A stretch of 64,000 bases of DNA from Azolla caroliniana (GCA_043228905.1 JBHGNT010000013.1:14942001-15006000); one strand, 5' to 3'; shown: positions 12,593 through 27,945, numbered from the stretch's first letter. Notes: generated by a model not told the origin, from the sequence alone. Translations and numbers: made by a program.

Positions 12593-14322
12593 TCTTTTCC
12601 TGGTCCTCCGGATGCATGTGAACTTGGCTATGGCCGCTAAAACCATCCACAAAACTATACATTTCATGACCACCTACAACATCTAGGATGCTATCGGTAA
12701 ACGGTAACAGAAATGCGTCCGTTATTGTTGCTGCATTTAGTTTACGGTAATCGATACATACCGGAATTTTTCAATTCTTCTTAGGTATGACCACGATCGA
12801 ACTCAGCCACGTTGCCTTTTTGACTAGTCCAATGAATTCGACTCTTAGTAATTTGTTGATTTCTTCTTTTACTTTTATCGCATAATTCAGATTCAACCTG
12901 TAACGCCTCTATTGGACTAGTTTTGCATGTTTGTGTAGATTTATCTGATGTTGACAGAATGCTAGATCTAGACCTTTCATATCTTCAAAAGATCAAGTGA
13001 TGACATCCTTGTACTATTTCAGTTTCTCTTTATTAGCAACCATCATTTCTTTGGCTATTAGTATAGTCTTCGGTTCCGACTTAGTATAGTCTTCAGTTCC
13101 ATCATATTGACGGCCTCCGCATGGATTGGTAGACATTGTCGCGTCATAATGACTTTACCTTGAGTCGATATCCATATCTTATTCTTTCCTTTCCTAAATG
13201 TTAATACATTCTTGTTCCAATTCTGCTTAATATTTGTTGTTTTTAACCATGGTCGGCCCAACAGAAGTGGATATGCTCTCTGCGCCTCCAAATGTAGCAC
13301 TACTGTTGATATCTGAAAAGTATGACCGCCTAAAATGACATCCAATTGCCGAATTAAGCCCAACAACATTACCGTACTAGTGTCAGCCATTCTTAACCAA
13401 AATGGACAGGCATCCCATTTGGTAATTCCGAGCTTATCACAGGTGGTCTTATTGATGACATTGACTCTCGAACCACCGTCGACAATGGTTTCAACTACTT
13501 CTTGTCCTCGAATTATCACCTTTATGGATGGACTTTGCTCATCCATGATTATCGGGCCATTGCTTGGGTGACTATAATTTACAGATACTTACTTTACATC
13601 TTTTTGTGCAATGAGACTTGCTACTTTCTCCGTGAACCGTGGAACTAGTTTCAATAATCCGGCTAGCAGTAATGAAACTTGACAATTGACCAAAATTTTC
13701 CAAGTTTCTTCTTGCTCTTGTAATGATAATGATCCGGACGGATCCACATGTTGCTCCCTGTTTAATATTTCATTATCCTGCAGCATTATGGAGATATTCT
13801 TTTTGTTGGCTTCTTCTACCCATTCCGCATAGCTTCATGGACTTTCCATTCAGATTGCTTACCGTTGCTTCGGGTGGTCACTTGTTGAATTTCGGGAACC
13901 ACCATATTGACGGACGATGCCTTTCCCTTGTCCTTAGTTGGACATTGATTTGCATAATGACCATCTTTTCTACAAATGTAGCAGGTTGGTATTGATGAAT
14001 CACTGGATTCCCCATGTTCATATTGTGGTCTTCTATCTTCATGGGAATGGGAGTTTCCTCTCCAAGAATCATGCTGAAATTGTCGAGTCCCCTTTGGCTT
14101 ATTGAACCTCTGATTTGGTGGTCGATTATTATTAGATTTGCGGTCTTCTTGATAACGACCCCCTCGATATTGTTGTCGGTGACCATTATTGCGGGGTGGT
14201 GAATAATCTTGACTCCGATTATTGCGATCATGACGACGATAATCATTTTGTTGTTCTTCCTCTCGATTTGAGTCGTAATGGTCATTTCGCCGATCATGAC
14301 GCCTACCCTGACTAATTAACAC
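12593..14322 (-). mobile_element. Truncated Ty3/gypsy (non-chromovirus) gag-protease-RT fragment
   Basis: Zinc knuckle CYICRKDGHYANQC; protease IVDGGS...LLLGRPWL; RT start VCIDYRKLNAATITDAF...FVDGFSG at ~12600-12780. Confidence 0.85.
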
Positions 14323-14468
14323 TGTTAACCGATGAGGGGGAGCCGTAAAGCTTCGAAGAAGCTAAGCACGATACCCACAACCGAAAGTGGATTCCTTGCA
14401 TGAGAACCACACATACGAATTGACTGAACTGTCGAGGTGAAAAAAGGCACTTCGAAGTAAGTGGGTAT

Positions 14469-17400
14469 TGTCATGATATGCCAAGACTCGAACCCATGAC
14501 CTTATGGTATATGGGTCGAGCTCTTAACCATCACACCATCTATTGTAATTTGTAAGATACCTATTTTCATTTATACTTTATTATAACAAATTAATGTATA
14601 TTCCAGATTTCTCTGGAACATTCTAGAAGCTTCAGGACTACTCCTGAGACCACTATAAAAGGAGGCACAAGGCATTGTTTTGAACCAAATTGGTTCAACG
14701 CTAGTCTTAAGCCTCTTAGCCACTTTGTACTTATCCTTCACATAATATATTAGCTGTTATCATCATCTCTCTCTCTCATCCTCACTATCTCTCTCATCCT
14801 CGCTATCTCTCTCTCCTCTTCTCTCTTTCTCTCTCGGGAATCTTACGTAGTTCCGTCCTCTTAGTACTAATAATACTTCTCTTCTTTAGTACTAATTCTC
14901 TCTCTGCTTTAGTACTATTCCTGACAGTTTGAACCAATTTTTTCCTCAAGCCTACTTGTCGTTCTCCCTCATCCTCCTACCATTTTCCCTATACTATGGC
15001 TACTATTAGCGCCCAAGAATATCAATCCGTTTTCTCTGAGCTATAGTGCCTAAAAGAAAAATTTGTTGCCTTGGAACAAGAAAACCAACGGCTGATATGG
15101 GATCTGCAACAAATCGCTCTAGAAAAACAACAAACGCAACAACAACATGGGGAGTTAGCGTTACAAGTACAACAACTTGAAGCAACATTGCAACAACAAG
15201 GATCAAGTCCCCAAGGATTTCATAAAGAGCTGAAGATTGGACTTCCTGTGAAATTTGATGGAATGCGATCGCAATTCAGGGGATTCCTTAATCAGGTACG
15301 ATTAGTCATCCAAATGCATCCTTCTCGATACCCCACTGATGCATCCCAAGTCGGCCTAATAGGCAAGTTGCTTAGTGGCTTAGCCTTAGCATGGTTCGCT
15401 CCGCTTCTAGAAAAACAATTGCCCTTGCTTAATAACTTTGAAGATTTTATTAGTGAGTTTAAAGCCTGCTTTGGAGACATCGACAACATTAGGACGACGA
15501 TCAACAAGATCTGACGATTGCGTCAAGGCGATCGTCCAACCTCTGCCTACGTGGCGTATTTTCGTCTACTCGCCTAAGATATCCCTTGGGATGATCAGGC
15601 ACTAATGGAGCAGTTTCGCTACGGCCTGCAAAACAATGTAAAAGATTTACTTTTAACCTTCCCTGAAGAACCAAAATCTCTTACAGAGGCAATTAGTCGA
15701 GCGGTCCGATGTGACAACCGCCTTTTCGAATGGCATTCTGAACGTCAATTACAAATACCATGCTCTAGGCCGGAGCCCACATATGCCTCAATCGTGGGTA
15801 AAGCGTTCACACGCAACGTACCTCAAGCAAATACTCCGACACCGATGGAGATTGACACCATGCATCGACGTGGCCCGTTATCGGAAGAAGAAAAGCAACG
15901 ATGCCGTGCAAATCGATTATGTCTTTATTGCGGTGGACCAGGGATATCGCAATCAATTGTCCCCATAGGCCAAGAAGACAGGTAAATCAAATTGTAGCCT
16001 ATACTAAACCCGAGTCAATTCTTCCCTTAGGAGTGTCTGATAGTATTAATAGTACTAATAGAGTGTCTGATAGTATTAATAGTACTAATAGCCCAAGTAT
16101 CTCAAACAAATTTGAAATCCTTAGTCAATTAGATGAAGAGTTAAACGATTGAGTCCAGCCAAAATAGGAGCCGTTTGGTTGGGGAACCCTAGATATGTAC
16201 AACCCATTAGTGGTTCCATTCCCTCCAAGCAAGTTAGCAATGTGTTCCTAGCCCAAGTCATGGTTAGTACTAAAAGTACTCCCCTAGTACAAGTCCTAGC
16301 ACTTTTAGATTCCGGAGCCAATTCCTGTTTCATGGATCGAAATTTTGCCCAAGCTTCTCAGATATCCTTAAGAAAACTTCCTTGCCCCCATCTGTAGTAG
16401 TCATTGATGGTCATCCAATTGCTTCCGGGAATATTGTAGAAGAGTCAGAACCCATTCAGGTTGTCCTAGGTAGTTTTGTGTGTGTAGTATCATTTAATAT
16501 AATTAGTAGTCCAGAGCATTCCATTGTCCTGGGATTACCTTGGTTTGAACTACATAATCCAGACATAGATTGGAGAATAAGAGAAGTCCGATATCGACCA
16601 CCCCAAGAATCTACTCATCGAGTTTCGACCATTTCACTACGTCAACTATGCGAAGAAGGACACAAGGAAGCAATGTTCCTATTTGCCATATCAGTACATC
16701 CTTCCAGCAATATTAAGGAGGAATCCTTAGTGCACTTCCGGCGAAATATCATCCTTATGCCGACGTATTTGACAAGGTAAAAACCGGCACTCTTCCTCAT
16801 CACCGTCCCTACGATTGTCCCTACGATTTACAACCAGGAGTAGAGCCACCATGGGGACCAATCTACAACTTGTCACCCACTGAGTTAGAAGTCCTTCGAG
16901 CCTACATAGAGGAGAACTTGGCAAGCAGGTTTATTCGTCATTCGAAATCTCCGGCCGGAGCACCCATCTTCTTTGTCAAGAAGAAAGATGGCTCACTTCA
17001 TCTCGTCGTTGATTACCGCGGCTTAAATAAGGTCACCATCCGGAATAGGTATGCACTTCCTCTTATATCAAGTCTTTTAGAGCGAGTTAATGGTGCCAAG
17101 TTTTTTACAAAAATCGATCTACAAGGAGCGTATAACCTCGTGCGGATCCGATCGGGAGATGAATGGAAGACCGCCTTTCGCACGCGGTATGGGCATTTCG
17201 AAGATACTGTTATGCCGTTCGGTCTAACCAATGCACCCGTAGTCTTCCAACACATGGCAAATGATATATTTAGAGACTTTTTGGATATCTGTTTGATCAT
17301 CTATCTGGATGATCTATTGATTTATTCGAAGACCTAGGAAGAGCATGATTCTCATGTACTATTAGTACTAAACCGACTCCGCGAGAATGGTCTTTATGCC

Positions 17401-20160
17401 AAACTAGAAAAATGTAGCTTTGACTGCAAGCGAGTAGAATTTCTAGGCTACGTTATCTCCTCAAAGGGCATCTCCATGGATCTAGCTAAAGTCCAAACTG
17501 TGCTAGAGTGGCAAATTCCACGGTCAATACGAGATGTACAATGTTTTCTAGGTTTTGCTAACTTCTACCGCAAGTTTACACAAGATTACTCGAAGATTAT
17601 TTTACCTCTCACACAACTTACGAAGAAGGGACAAGCATTTCTTTGGTCCAATGAAGCGGACATGGCTTTTCGGCATCTTAAGAAAGCCTTTACATCAGCA
17701 CCTATTCTAGCTCATGTGGATACAAGCAAACCATTCATCATGGAGGCCGACGCATCAGATTTCACCCTCGGTAGCATCCTTTCTAACCAAGGAGATAAAG
17801 AAGAGTTACGTCCTGTGGCTTTCCATTTGCGCAAATTCGATGCTGCGGAAATCAACTACGAAATACATGACAAGGAGTTACTAGCCATTGTGGATTCATT
17901 TGTGCAATGACGGCATTTTTTGGAGGCCTCTCCACATCAGGTCATCATCTTCAGTGATCACAAGAATCTTTCTTATTTCCAGAACGCTTGTGTGCTAAAT
18001 CGACGGCAAGCTAGGTGGGCTCAATTCCTCACATGTTTTGATTTCAAAATCGCATATCGACCGGGGAAGTAGCAAGGAAAGGCAGATGCACTATCACGAC
18101 GTTTATATCTTGCACCTCGTCTTGGTGATCCGGCGTTCGATAATCAAAAGCAAGTAATCTTGGGACCAACACGATTGCACACAACACGGATTTTTCACAC
18201 CCCAATGGATTCCCAGATTACCGACACCATACGTGCGAACTTGAAGACGTACAATTTTGCTCAAGACATTCTGGCGCACATTGATACCTCTCGGGCATCT
18301 TGTTCCTAGTCTCAACAACCAAGTATGGACTATCGACAATTCGAATATCATGATGGTTTGTTATTCTTTAAAAAGCTTGTATATGTCCCTGATTGCTCCT
18401 GTCACCTTCAAATCGTCCAAAGTTGTCACGACACCCATATGGCAGGACATTTCAGTAGCACTAAGACGTTGGATCTAGTTCAACGATCCTTTTGGTGGCC
18501 CCATATGCGACGTTTTGTCGACGACTACGTTCAGACCTGTGATGCTTGCTGTTGAGCAAAGATGCCACGACACCATCCATATGGCTTGTTGGAACCCTTA
18601 CCGATTCCAAGTAAGCTGTGGCAGTCTATTTGTCTTGACTTTATCACAGATCTACCGGTCTCGAAGGGGTTCAACGCTATCTTAACCGTCGTCGATTGAT
18701 ATACGAAGATGGCACATTTTGTGCCATGTACTAAGGCCATCACTAGCGAGGAAACCGCTGCCCTTGTCATGCGTGAGGTATTTCGGCATCATGGCCTCCC
18801 AGACAGTATCATCAGTGACCGAGGACCGCAATTCGTCTCCAAATTTTGGCAGCATCTCTTCAAGATGCTCAAGGTCTCTTGCAACCTCTCCTCCGACTAC
18901 CATCCTCAAACCGATGGGCAGGCGGAACGAACAAACCAAACTCTAGAGCAATATCTCTAGTGTTTCCTGAGTTATCAACAGGACGATTGGGCCGAGATTC
19001 TCCACTTTGCGGAGTTTGCGTATAATAATGTTGTTCACTCCTCGACTCGAGTCTCCCCATTCTACGCTTATACCAGTTCTCATCCTCGCTGGTTGGTGAT
19101 CGACACCCCAGAGCTACCTACCAATCCTCGTGCCGAGGATCATTTGGAGAGACTACACAAGATCCAGATGGATCTCTCTACTCATCTTCGTCATGCTCAA
19201 CAGACATAGAAGACTTACGCGGATCGTCATCGGCTTCCCTCCTCTTTTGCAATCGGAGATCGAGTATGGCTTTTACGTCGTCACATCAAGACTACTCGAT
19301 CGTGCGACAAATTGGATTATCGACGACTCGGTCCTTTCCGTATTACCGGTAAGGTTAATGATGTCACGTTCCGCCTTGATTTTCCTCCGCATCTTTGGAT
19401 ACATCCGGTCTTCCATAGTTCTCTTCTTGAACCTTATAAAGCAAACACTATTCCCGATCGTGTTACACCACCGCTTGAGTTAGACGCCGGCCCGTAGTAT
19501 GAAGTTGTTGCCATCCTCGACTCCAAATTTGTTTGCAACAAACTTTATTATTTGGTCGATTGGCTCGGCTATAGTCCGAGCGAACGTACTTGGGAGCCCG
19601 TCGAGCATGTCGCCAATGCTCAGGATCTTCTTGCTGATTTTCACCAACAATATCCTGACAAACCGGGTCCTCAATCAACATTGACTCGTTCCACTCGTCG
19701 TCTTAAGGGGGGGATAGTGTCATGATATGGCAAGACTCGAACCCATGATCTTATGGTATATGGGTCGAGCTCTTAAGTATCACACCATCTATTGTAATTT
19801 GTAGGATATTATTTTCATTTATACTTTATTATAACAAATTAATGTATATTCCAGATTTCTTTGGAACATTCTAGAAGCTTTAGGACTACTCCTAAGAGCA
19901 CTATAAAAGGAGGCACAAGGCATTGTTTTGAACCAAATTGGTTCAACGCCAATCTTAAGCCTCTTAGCCACTTTGTACTTATCCTTCACATAATATATTA
20001 GCTATTATCATCATCTCTCTCTCTCTCTCATCCTCTCTATCTCTCTCTCCTCTTCTCTCTTTCTCTCTCAGGAATCTTACGCAGTCCCGTCCTCTTAATA
20101 CTAATAGTACTTCTCTTCTTTAGTACTAATTCTCTCTCTGCTTTAGTACTATTCCTGACA
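14469..20160 (+). mobile_element. Chromodomain Ty3/gypsy LTR retrotransposon (Tcn1/Tf1-sushi-like), decayed copy
   Basis: LTRs 14469-14926 and 19718-20160 (TG...CA). TSD ggtat at 14464-14468 and 20161-20165. gag, PR (LLDSGA), RT (YLDD), RH, INT and chromodomain are present with many stops and frameshifts. PPT aagggggggatag. Confidence 0.95.
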
Positions 20161-20709
20161 GGTATACAAATTGAAGCCGGGAGATGGTGGAAATCCACCC
20201 AGATACAAAGCACGAATTACTGTGAAAGGTTTTCAGCATAAGAAGGGTGTTGATTTCGACGGCATATTTGCCCTGGTCGTAAAGATGAAATCAATCCGAA
20301 TAGTGCTAAGCATTGCGGCCAACATGGATCTCGAAGTTGAGAAACTAGACGTCAAGACTACCTTCCTTCATGGAGATCTGGAGGAAGAGATTTACATGCA
20401 CCAATCGGAGGGATTTGTGGAGAATGGTAAAGAAAACTTGGTATGTCGATTGAGAAAGAACCTGTATGGGCTGAAGCAGGCACCTTGGCAATGGTACCGA
20501 AAATTCAAATCCGTCATGACCGACAACGAGTACCACAAAAGGCAGACCAATCACTGCGTGTTTGTGAAGAAGTTTGATGGAGGAGATTTCCTCATACTCC
20601 TACTGTATGTGTGTTACAAAAGCGCTCCGACTCTTGTTTGTGGACAATGGATCATGATGTGCTGGATCATTTAGTGTGCTCAAGACAGAAAAGGAAGGGG
20701 GAAGGAGAC

Positions 20710-23700
20710 TGTTGAGAGATCAAACTCAACTTAGTTTAGTTAGTTAGTCAACCATGTAACTTCGTAGTTACCTAGATAGAATCTAGTTAGAAGTGTTGAC
20801 TATAACGCCTTAAATAGGACCTTGTACTTAAGTGGGATATTCTAGATCCCCCACTCCTAAGTACATTTAATATAGGACTTACACTTTTGTACCTATATTA
20901 TCCTCACACATGTGCACCCTTGCACATGAAATCTATATATACCTCATTGTAGGTATGTTTGTATTTGATGATGATAATGCTAATTTAATATAGTTACTCA
21001 TCCCCCATCTTGTGTTCTTCATAAGTGTATCTCTCTCTCTCTCTCTCTCTCTCCCTCTCACACACATACACACACATATCACTTAATCTTCAACGCTCTG
21101 GTACCATGTTAAGAATTAGGTAAGTAATTAAGCAAGGGTTAATTAGTACCTAATTATGTGATTAAGTTAATAAGCCCATCCACTAAGCCCATCCGCCTCT
21201 TCATAATTGTGTGTTCGAAACGCCGACAACAAATTCCGGCTATTCAATACTGTAGTGCCGCTACGTAGCACAAGTATGTGATCGAAGGAAGAAAAGCAAA
21301 ATGGAAGACACCACAATCAACATGAACACACAAATGGGTAGCTCGCTCCCTAGTGAAAAGCTAGACTGGAGCAATTATTCATCTTGGGCGTACAAGATGA
21401 ACCAATACCTTGTCGGCCAATGGTATTGGAGCTACATCAATGACGCTCAAGAAAATCGACCTGACCCAAAGAACGCCAACTACTCAACATGGGAGCAAGC
21501 GGCGAGTCGAGTCATGTATTGCTTGGCAACATGTGTCCACGACCACATGCTTAGCCACATTTGAGACGCCAAGATGCCCAAAGAGGTGTGGGAGAACTTA
21601 AAGAAAATGTTCGCTGCAACACGACTGCCCGAAAGCTTCAACTCCGACAAGAGTTGAACAACATCTGGCAAGAAGATATGTCCGTGTCAAACTACACCGC
21701 CAAGATCAAGAGCATTTGCGACTCGCTTGGCTCCATCAAAATAAACATCGACGAAGACGAGATGGTTCAAGTATGCTTGGGCGTCCTCACACAACGATTC
21801 GACTCATTGAGGACGACAATCTTGGCGAGCGAAAATTCTCCTTCGTTCTTCGACCTTCAATCAATGCTAATGGTTGAAGAGAACCACGTCCGAACCAAGA
21901 TGAAGATGCCGGAAGGACAAATGTTCTTCTCAAGTTTTGATGGTGGCCGAGGACGGGGTCACAGCGGAGGAGATCACGGCGGTAGAAGAGGCCAATTCGG
22001 CCCATCACACGAAGGGAACTCAAACCTTCACGGAAGCCATCAAGGAACCTTCGGAAGAAGGGGGAGCTTCCATGCCGAACAAGGTCGGCAAATGAGGCCC
22101 GCAACTTGCAACTATTGTGGAAAAATCGGCCACCGCTAGGAGGAGAGCCGAAAAAGAAGAAGCGAGTCGGCTTCGACAAGTCGACAACTCACGAATTACG
22201 CCGTCAACTCCGAATATGATGCTTACGGCGGACTATTCGTAATGAGGCATAGAGTGAACTCTATGTCGACCTCCTACTCCGCAAGCATGTCCAACTCGAA
22301 AGACATGTGGTTCTCGATTCCGGCGCCTCACATCACATGACATCTCACGAAGAGTGGTTTCGTGATTTACGAACGCCGGACCGACCCGGCTTCATAGAGA
22401 CGGGAGACGACACCACACATCCTATTCGGCACATTGGCAATGTCCCATTCGGGAAAGAAGGCGAACAAACTTGCATCAAGAATGACTTGCACGTGCCCAC
22501 AATAACGAAGAATTTGGTCTCGGTATGCCAAATCGTGGAGCAAGGAATGGAAGTTCGCTTCAACAAAGAAGGATGCTTCATCGAGAAAGATGGCCGACTC
22601 ATAGCGAAGGGGCGGAGGGACGGCCAAATGTTCACCCTCGATTTGAACAAGGTGAAATCGGCAATGTACGCGAAAGGTCTCAAAACCAAGAAAAGCATCG
22701 AGTTGTGGCACAAGAGAATTGGCCACATAAACCTCCAACGGCTTCGAGCGATGCAAACCAAGGGAGTTTTCATCGAATTTCCGACATTGACCAAGTATGC
22801 GAAGCGTGTCAACTCAGCAAACAACATTGACTCCCATTCCCGAAGGAGAGATCTACAAGCAAAGGCGTCCTCGATGTCATACACTCGGATGTATGGGGAC
22901 CGACTCAAACGCCGACGATCGGCGGATGCCGATACTACGTAACCTACATCGACGACTACTCCTGCTACGCGTGGATCTACCTGATGAAGAAGAAAAGCGA
23001 AGTGCTCTCCCACTTCCAAAAGCTCAAGGGCCAAGTCGAAAAAGAAACCGGTCGACACATTCGATGCCTACGATCGGATGGGGGCAAGGAGTACTTCTCC
23101 GATGAATTCGCCTCCTACCTCCAAAGTGAAGGCATTCGAAGAGAATTCTCGTGCCGACACACCCCCCAACAAAATGGAGTCGCTGAAAGGAAAAATCGGC
23201 AAATACTCGAGGTAGCACGCGCCATGATGCATGAGAAGCACATGCCGAATTTCTATTGGGCCGAAGCGGCATCACCGGCCGTCTATCTCATGAATCGATG
23301 CACCACTAATGGAGTGCATGAGCTAACTCCATATGAGCTCCTCGTCGGAAGGAAGCTGATCCTATCGCACCTCAAGGTGTTCGGAAGCATTGCGAATGTA
23401 CGCATTCCGAACGAACAACGACAGAAGCCCGACACTAAGTTGGAGGAATGTATCCTCATAGGATATTCGTCCAAGAAGAAGGCATACAATTGCTACAACC
23501 CTTCTACCCGAGCGGTTCGGGTAAGTCGAAACGTAGTCTTCGACGAGTCTGCATCCTGGTAGACACCAGAGACAACTTCGACTCCGACTCCGCTCGACCC
23601 AGAATCTACTGAACAAGAGGTAGAAGATGGAGATCGCTTCGAACACATGTTTGAAGAAAGTCCTATTACGGCAAGGCCTAGTGGGCCACAAGAGCCCCCT

Positions 23701-24559
23701 GCGTAACCCAAGCACGTCGCGGCCAAGTACGAACTTGGACAAAGGCAAAGGTAAGATGCCCGAATACGAAGTTGATCACCCTGACAACAATGATTCGGAT
23801 GTGTTGGCTCCCTCACTAGATAGTGAGTTCGGTGTACCCATCATGCGGACACCCAGAGCAAAGAAGGCGCTCACATCGGCGAGCGAAAAAATTCGACGCT
23901 CATCTAGAGCTAAGAACCACGTCACTCGGCTCGGCTACAACGAGTATATGGCCCATCACTATGCCTTCACAATGAAGGGAGCAGCTGAACAAGAGCCCAA
24001 GAGCTCCACTAAAGCGGCTTGTAACCCACGATGGGTGGAAGTAGTCGGCCTTCGCCCACAATATACAAGCCTTCGTCACTGGCTTGAGGGGGAGCACCCG
24101 AGATTGCCACAACGAAGAAAGCCAAAAGCCGGACGGAAGCTGCATAGAAGCCGACATCGAAAGTCGGACAACGCCGAAAGCAGAACCAGATGTTGAATGC
24201 CTCACACTTGAGCTTGAGGGGGCGTGTTGAGAGATCAAGCTCAACTTAGTTTAGTTAGTTAGTCAACCATGTAACTTCGTAGTTACCTAGATAGAATCTA
24301 GTTAGAAGTGTTGACTATAACGCCTTAAATAGGACCTTGTACTTAAGTGGGATATTCTAGATCCTCCACTCCTAAGTACATTTAATATAGGACTTACACT
24401 TTTGTACCTATATTATCCTCACACATGTGCACCCTTGCACATGAAATCTATATATACCTCATTGTAGGTATGTTTGTATTTGATGATGATAATGCTAATT
24501 TAATATAGTTACTCATCCCCCATCTTGTGTTCTTCATAAGTGTATCTCTCTCTCTTCCT

Positions 24560-24602
<43 letters not shown>

Positions 24603-24684
24603 CACTTAATCTTCTGGTTATTAACTTAATCGCATAATTAGGTACTAATTAACCCTTGCTTAATTGCTTACCTAATTCTTAACA
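20710..24684 (+). mobile_element. Internally deleted Ty1/copia element ('copia C') inserted in the copia B LTR
   Basis: TSD gagac at 20705-20709 and 24685-24689. LTRs start at 20710 and 24225. gag, protease (DSGASHHM) and INT (RSDGGKEY, QQNGVAERKN) present; RT/RH absent. PPT ttgagggggcg. Confidence 0.92.
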
Positions 24685-27439
24685 GAGACTTACCTCTGTA
24701 GCAACCCAAAAGCTTCTATTTCATTACACGTAGAGAAACCTCTCTCGTCAGTTTTCTGTTTTCCAACTTCTTCTCTCTCTTTTTACTCTCTTACTTTTTT
24801 ACCTAAGTTATAAGTGACTTAGATATGCAGCTAATTAGATGTGAGTAGCTAATTAGCCGTGACTAGCTAAATAGTTGTGAGTAGCTAAATAGCTATTTTA
24901 CTTATATGTCCACTAGTAGCTAATTTCCTAATAGCTACTTTAGAAGATCTCATTTCCCAATGAGCATCACATGCTTTTGTTGAGCTTGTTTCTTAACACT
25001 CCCCCTCAAGCTCAACTTATTCTTTCTTGAGGTCATCTTCAATCTTCTTTTCTTCATGCTTTTCAACTATCATACCAATGCTTATAATTCCCATCATGTC
25101 CCGAAATTGTGTATGTTTTTGTATGCTCAGTCCCTTCGTAAGAATATCAACCACTTACTGATTTGTGCTTACATATAATAGATCCACTTCTCCATCAATC
25201 ACTTTTTCTCTAACAAAGTGTCAATGCACTTCAATGTGCTTTGTTCTTGCATGGAACACTGGGTTTTTTGTGAGCTAAATACTGCTCATATTGTCACACC
25301 AAATTGTGTTTGCACCATCTATATACTCTCCTAAATCAACAAGCAATCTTCTGATCCATACCTCTTCACAAGTGGCTATTGCAGCTCCTCTATATTCAGC
25401 TTCAGTACTTGATAGTGCAATAGTAGCTTGTTTCTTGCTACTCCATGAAATAACTGCACTTCCCAATGTAAACATATATCCACTTGTGGATCTTCTATCA
25501 GTTTGGCTTCCAGCCCAATTAGCATCTGTATATCCTTCCAGGTTTATGTCTAGATCAACCCTGTAAAACAATCCAGCTTTTTTTCAGAGATTCTGAAAGT
25601 TCCTTATGCCATGCTCTCAATGCTTGTTTTAGTCCATAGAGAGCCTTTTTAAGCTTACAAAAATATTCTGGATGCTTCTCATGTGTCAAATCCTGGTGGT
25701 TGACACATGTATACTTTCTCTTCCAAGTTACCATGTAAAAAAGCATTTTTTACATCCATATGGTGCAGAACCCACCTTTTGGATGCACTTACAGCAAGTA
25801 GTGTCCTCAAGGTTGCCATTTTTGCAACCAGTGCAAATGTTAATCAATTCCTTGCATCTGGGCATATCCCTTTGCCACAAGTCTTGCTTTATGTCTACTT
25901 ACATTCCCATTGGAATCATGCTTTGTTTTGTAGACCCTTTTGCAACCTACAACATATTTTCCTTTTGGTAACTTTACTAAATCCCATGTTTTATCTTCAG
26001 TCAATGCATCTATTTCTTCTTGCATTGCATTCACCCATTTCTTATCAGATTTTGTTTCATCAAAACTATTTGGATCAAGAATCTGTACCACTTTAGACAT
26101 ATATGCATAATGCATAGCCATGTATGTATCATAACCAAATCTTTCAACAATCTTTTTCTCTCTATTTGATCTTCTCAGTTTTTTATTTGCATCTTTCATT
26201 GCCTTTTCAATACCAGGGATTTTCAAGGCTCGTTTACCCAACTCATCATCCAATGATGTATCTAAATCTACATCTTCCATGTTTCTAGATCCTTCATCAA
26301 ACATTTCATATTCTGGCATCTTTTGTTTTCCCTTTTTTATCATCATATTTTTTGTCTTGCATTCTTTCCACTCCAAGCATTTGATTCAGATTTACTACTA
26401 GATTTCTTAGATGGTCCTGTACATTCTATTGATGCTGAACTTTGTTGTCCAACATTGCTTCCATTTCCATGGTTATCACTTCCATTTTCAGATTTGTTCA
26501 TGTCTTCATTAGTTTCGACATTTTCTTTTGTAGCTGCCCAAATCATCAAATATTACATCACAGCTCACTACAATATTTTTTGTCAACGAGTTATAGAATC
26601 TATACCCTTTTTGCTCCTCTTAATATCCAACAAGAACACATTTTTCAGCTTTTGGATCAAGCTTCTTACTTCAGTAGGTACATGGATATAGGCAAGGCAT
26701 CCAAACACTTTTAAGTGTCCTAAATTAGGTTTCCTTCCATAGAAGCATTCTTCAGGATTTACTTCATGTACTCCAGATGTTATACATCTATTTAGAATAA
26801 ACTTTGTTGTGTTTACAAGTTCTGCCCAGTAATACAATGGCATATTTTTTTCTGTCATGAAGGCTCTTGCTATGTTCACCAAAGTTCAGTTTTTTCTCTC
26901 AGCCACTCCATTTTGCTGTGGAGTATATCTACATCTGAATTATCTCCTTATTCCTTGATTGCATAGAAAATTAGAAAATTCATTTGAGAAGTATTCTCCT
27001 CCATCAGATCTTAAACATTTTATTCTAGTTCCAACATGCTTTTCTACCATGCATTTAAACTTACGAAAGCAATCAAATACTTCACTTTTCTCTTCCATGA
27101 AGTAAACCCATGTTTTCCTTGAGCAATCATCAATAAATGTTACATAAAACCTACAACCACCAATTGATGCATTTTTTGTTGGTCCCCATACATCTGTATA
27201 TACCAAATCCAACAAAATTTTGCTTACATGTCTTTCATGAGGGAAAGGTAACCTGTTTTGATTTCCATATTGGCATGCTTCACATATTTTGCTCATCTCA
27301 CAATCTTTCAACTTAGGTGGTCCAACCACTGCATTTTTCCTCAACATATTTTTCAAGGTTTGAATACTTATGTGACCGATTCTTTTATGCCACATCTCCA
27401 TATCTGAGATTACATTCATTCCTTCTGCAAAACATGCCC

Positions 27440-27945
27440 ACGGGGAAAGGAGTGTACCTCCCAATGTAAAACTTCTTAATTTTATGTATGATACTGACGA
27501 TGATCGTGGTGTTGTTCCAATCAAGAGAACTCGAGCAACCCATAAGTGCAAAGAGGTGGAAGGGGAGTCAAGTAACCCTCAAATAAAGAAAAAGCTAAGG
27601 AGTCTATTAAGGATTCTAAGATGGAGAATCCTTCAAAAAAGCGTCATTCAAGGAGAAAGATCAATATGGAGGACATGCCCATGGAGAAAGGAGTGGAGCC
27701 TTTCAACCTCAAGCAAGAGTTGATTACTATTGGACCCCGGATCACTTGGACACAACTTCTTCAACTCTCTCCAAAAATATGGAAGGAATGGGGATGACTA
27801 GCGAGTATACGTCAAAGTACCAAAACAATGCATTATGTGGGGGTTGTATGAGTGAAGGAACGAAAGGATATCCGACCTACTATACCGGTGTCTATAAAAG
27901 GTTATATAATTAAGGATGCTTTAGTGGATAGTGGTGCTAGGGGTG
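27440..27945 (+). pseudogene. Ty3/gypsy gag-end/protease fragment inside copia B
   Basis: ITWTQLLQLSP...PVSIKGYIIKDALVDSGA, broken by stops. Confidence 0.6.
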
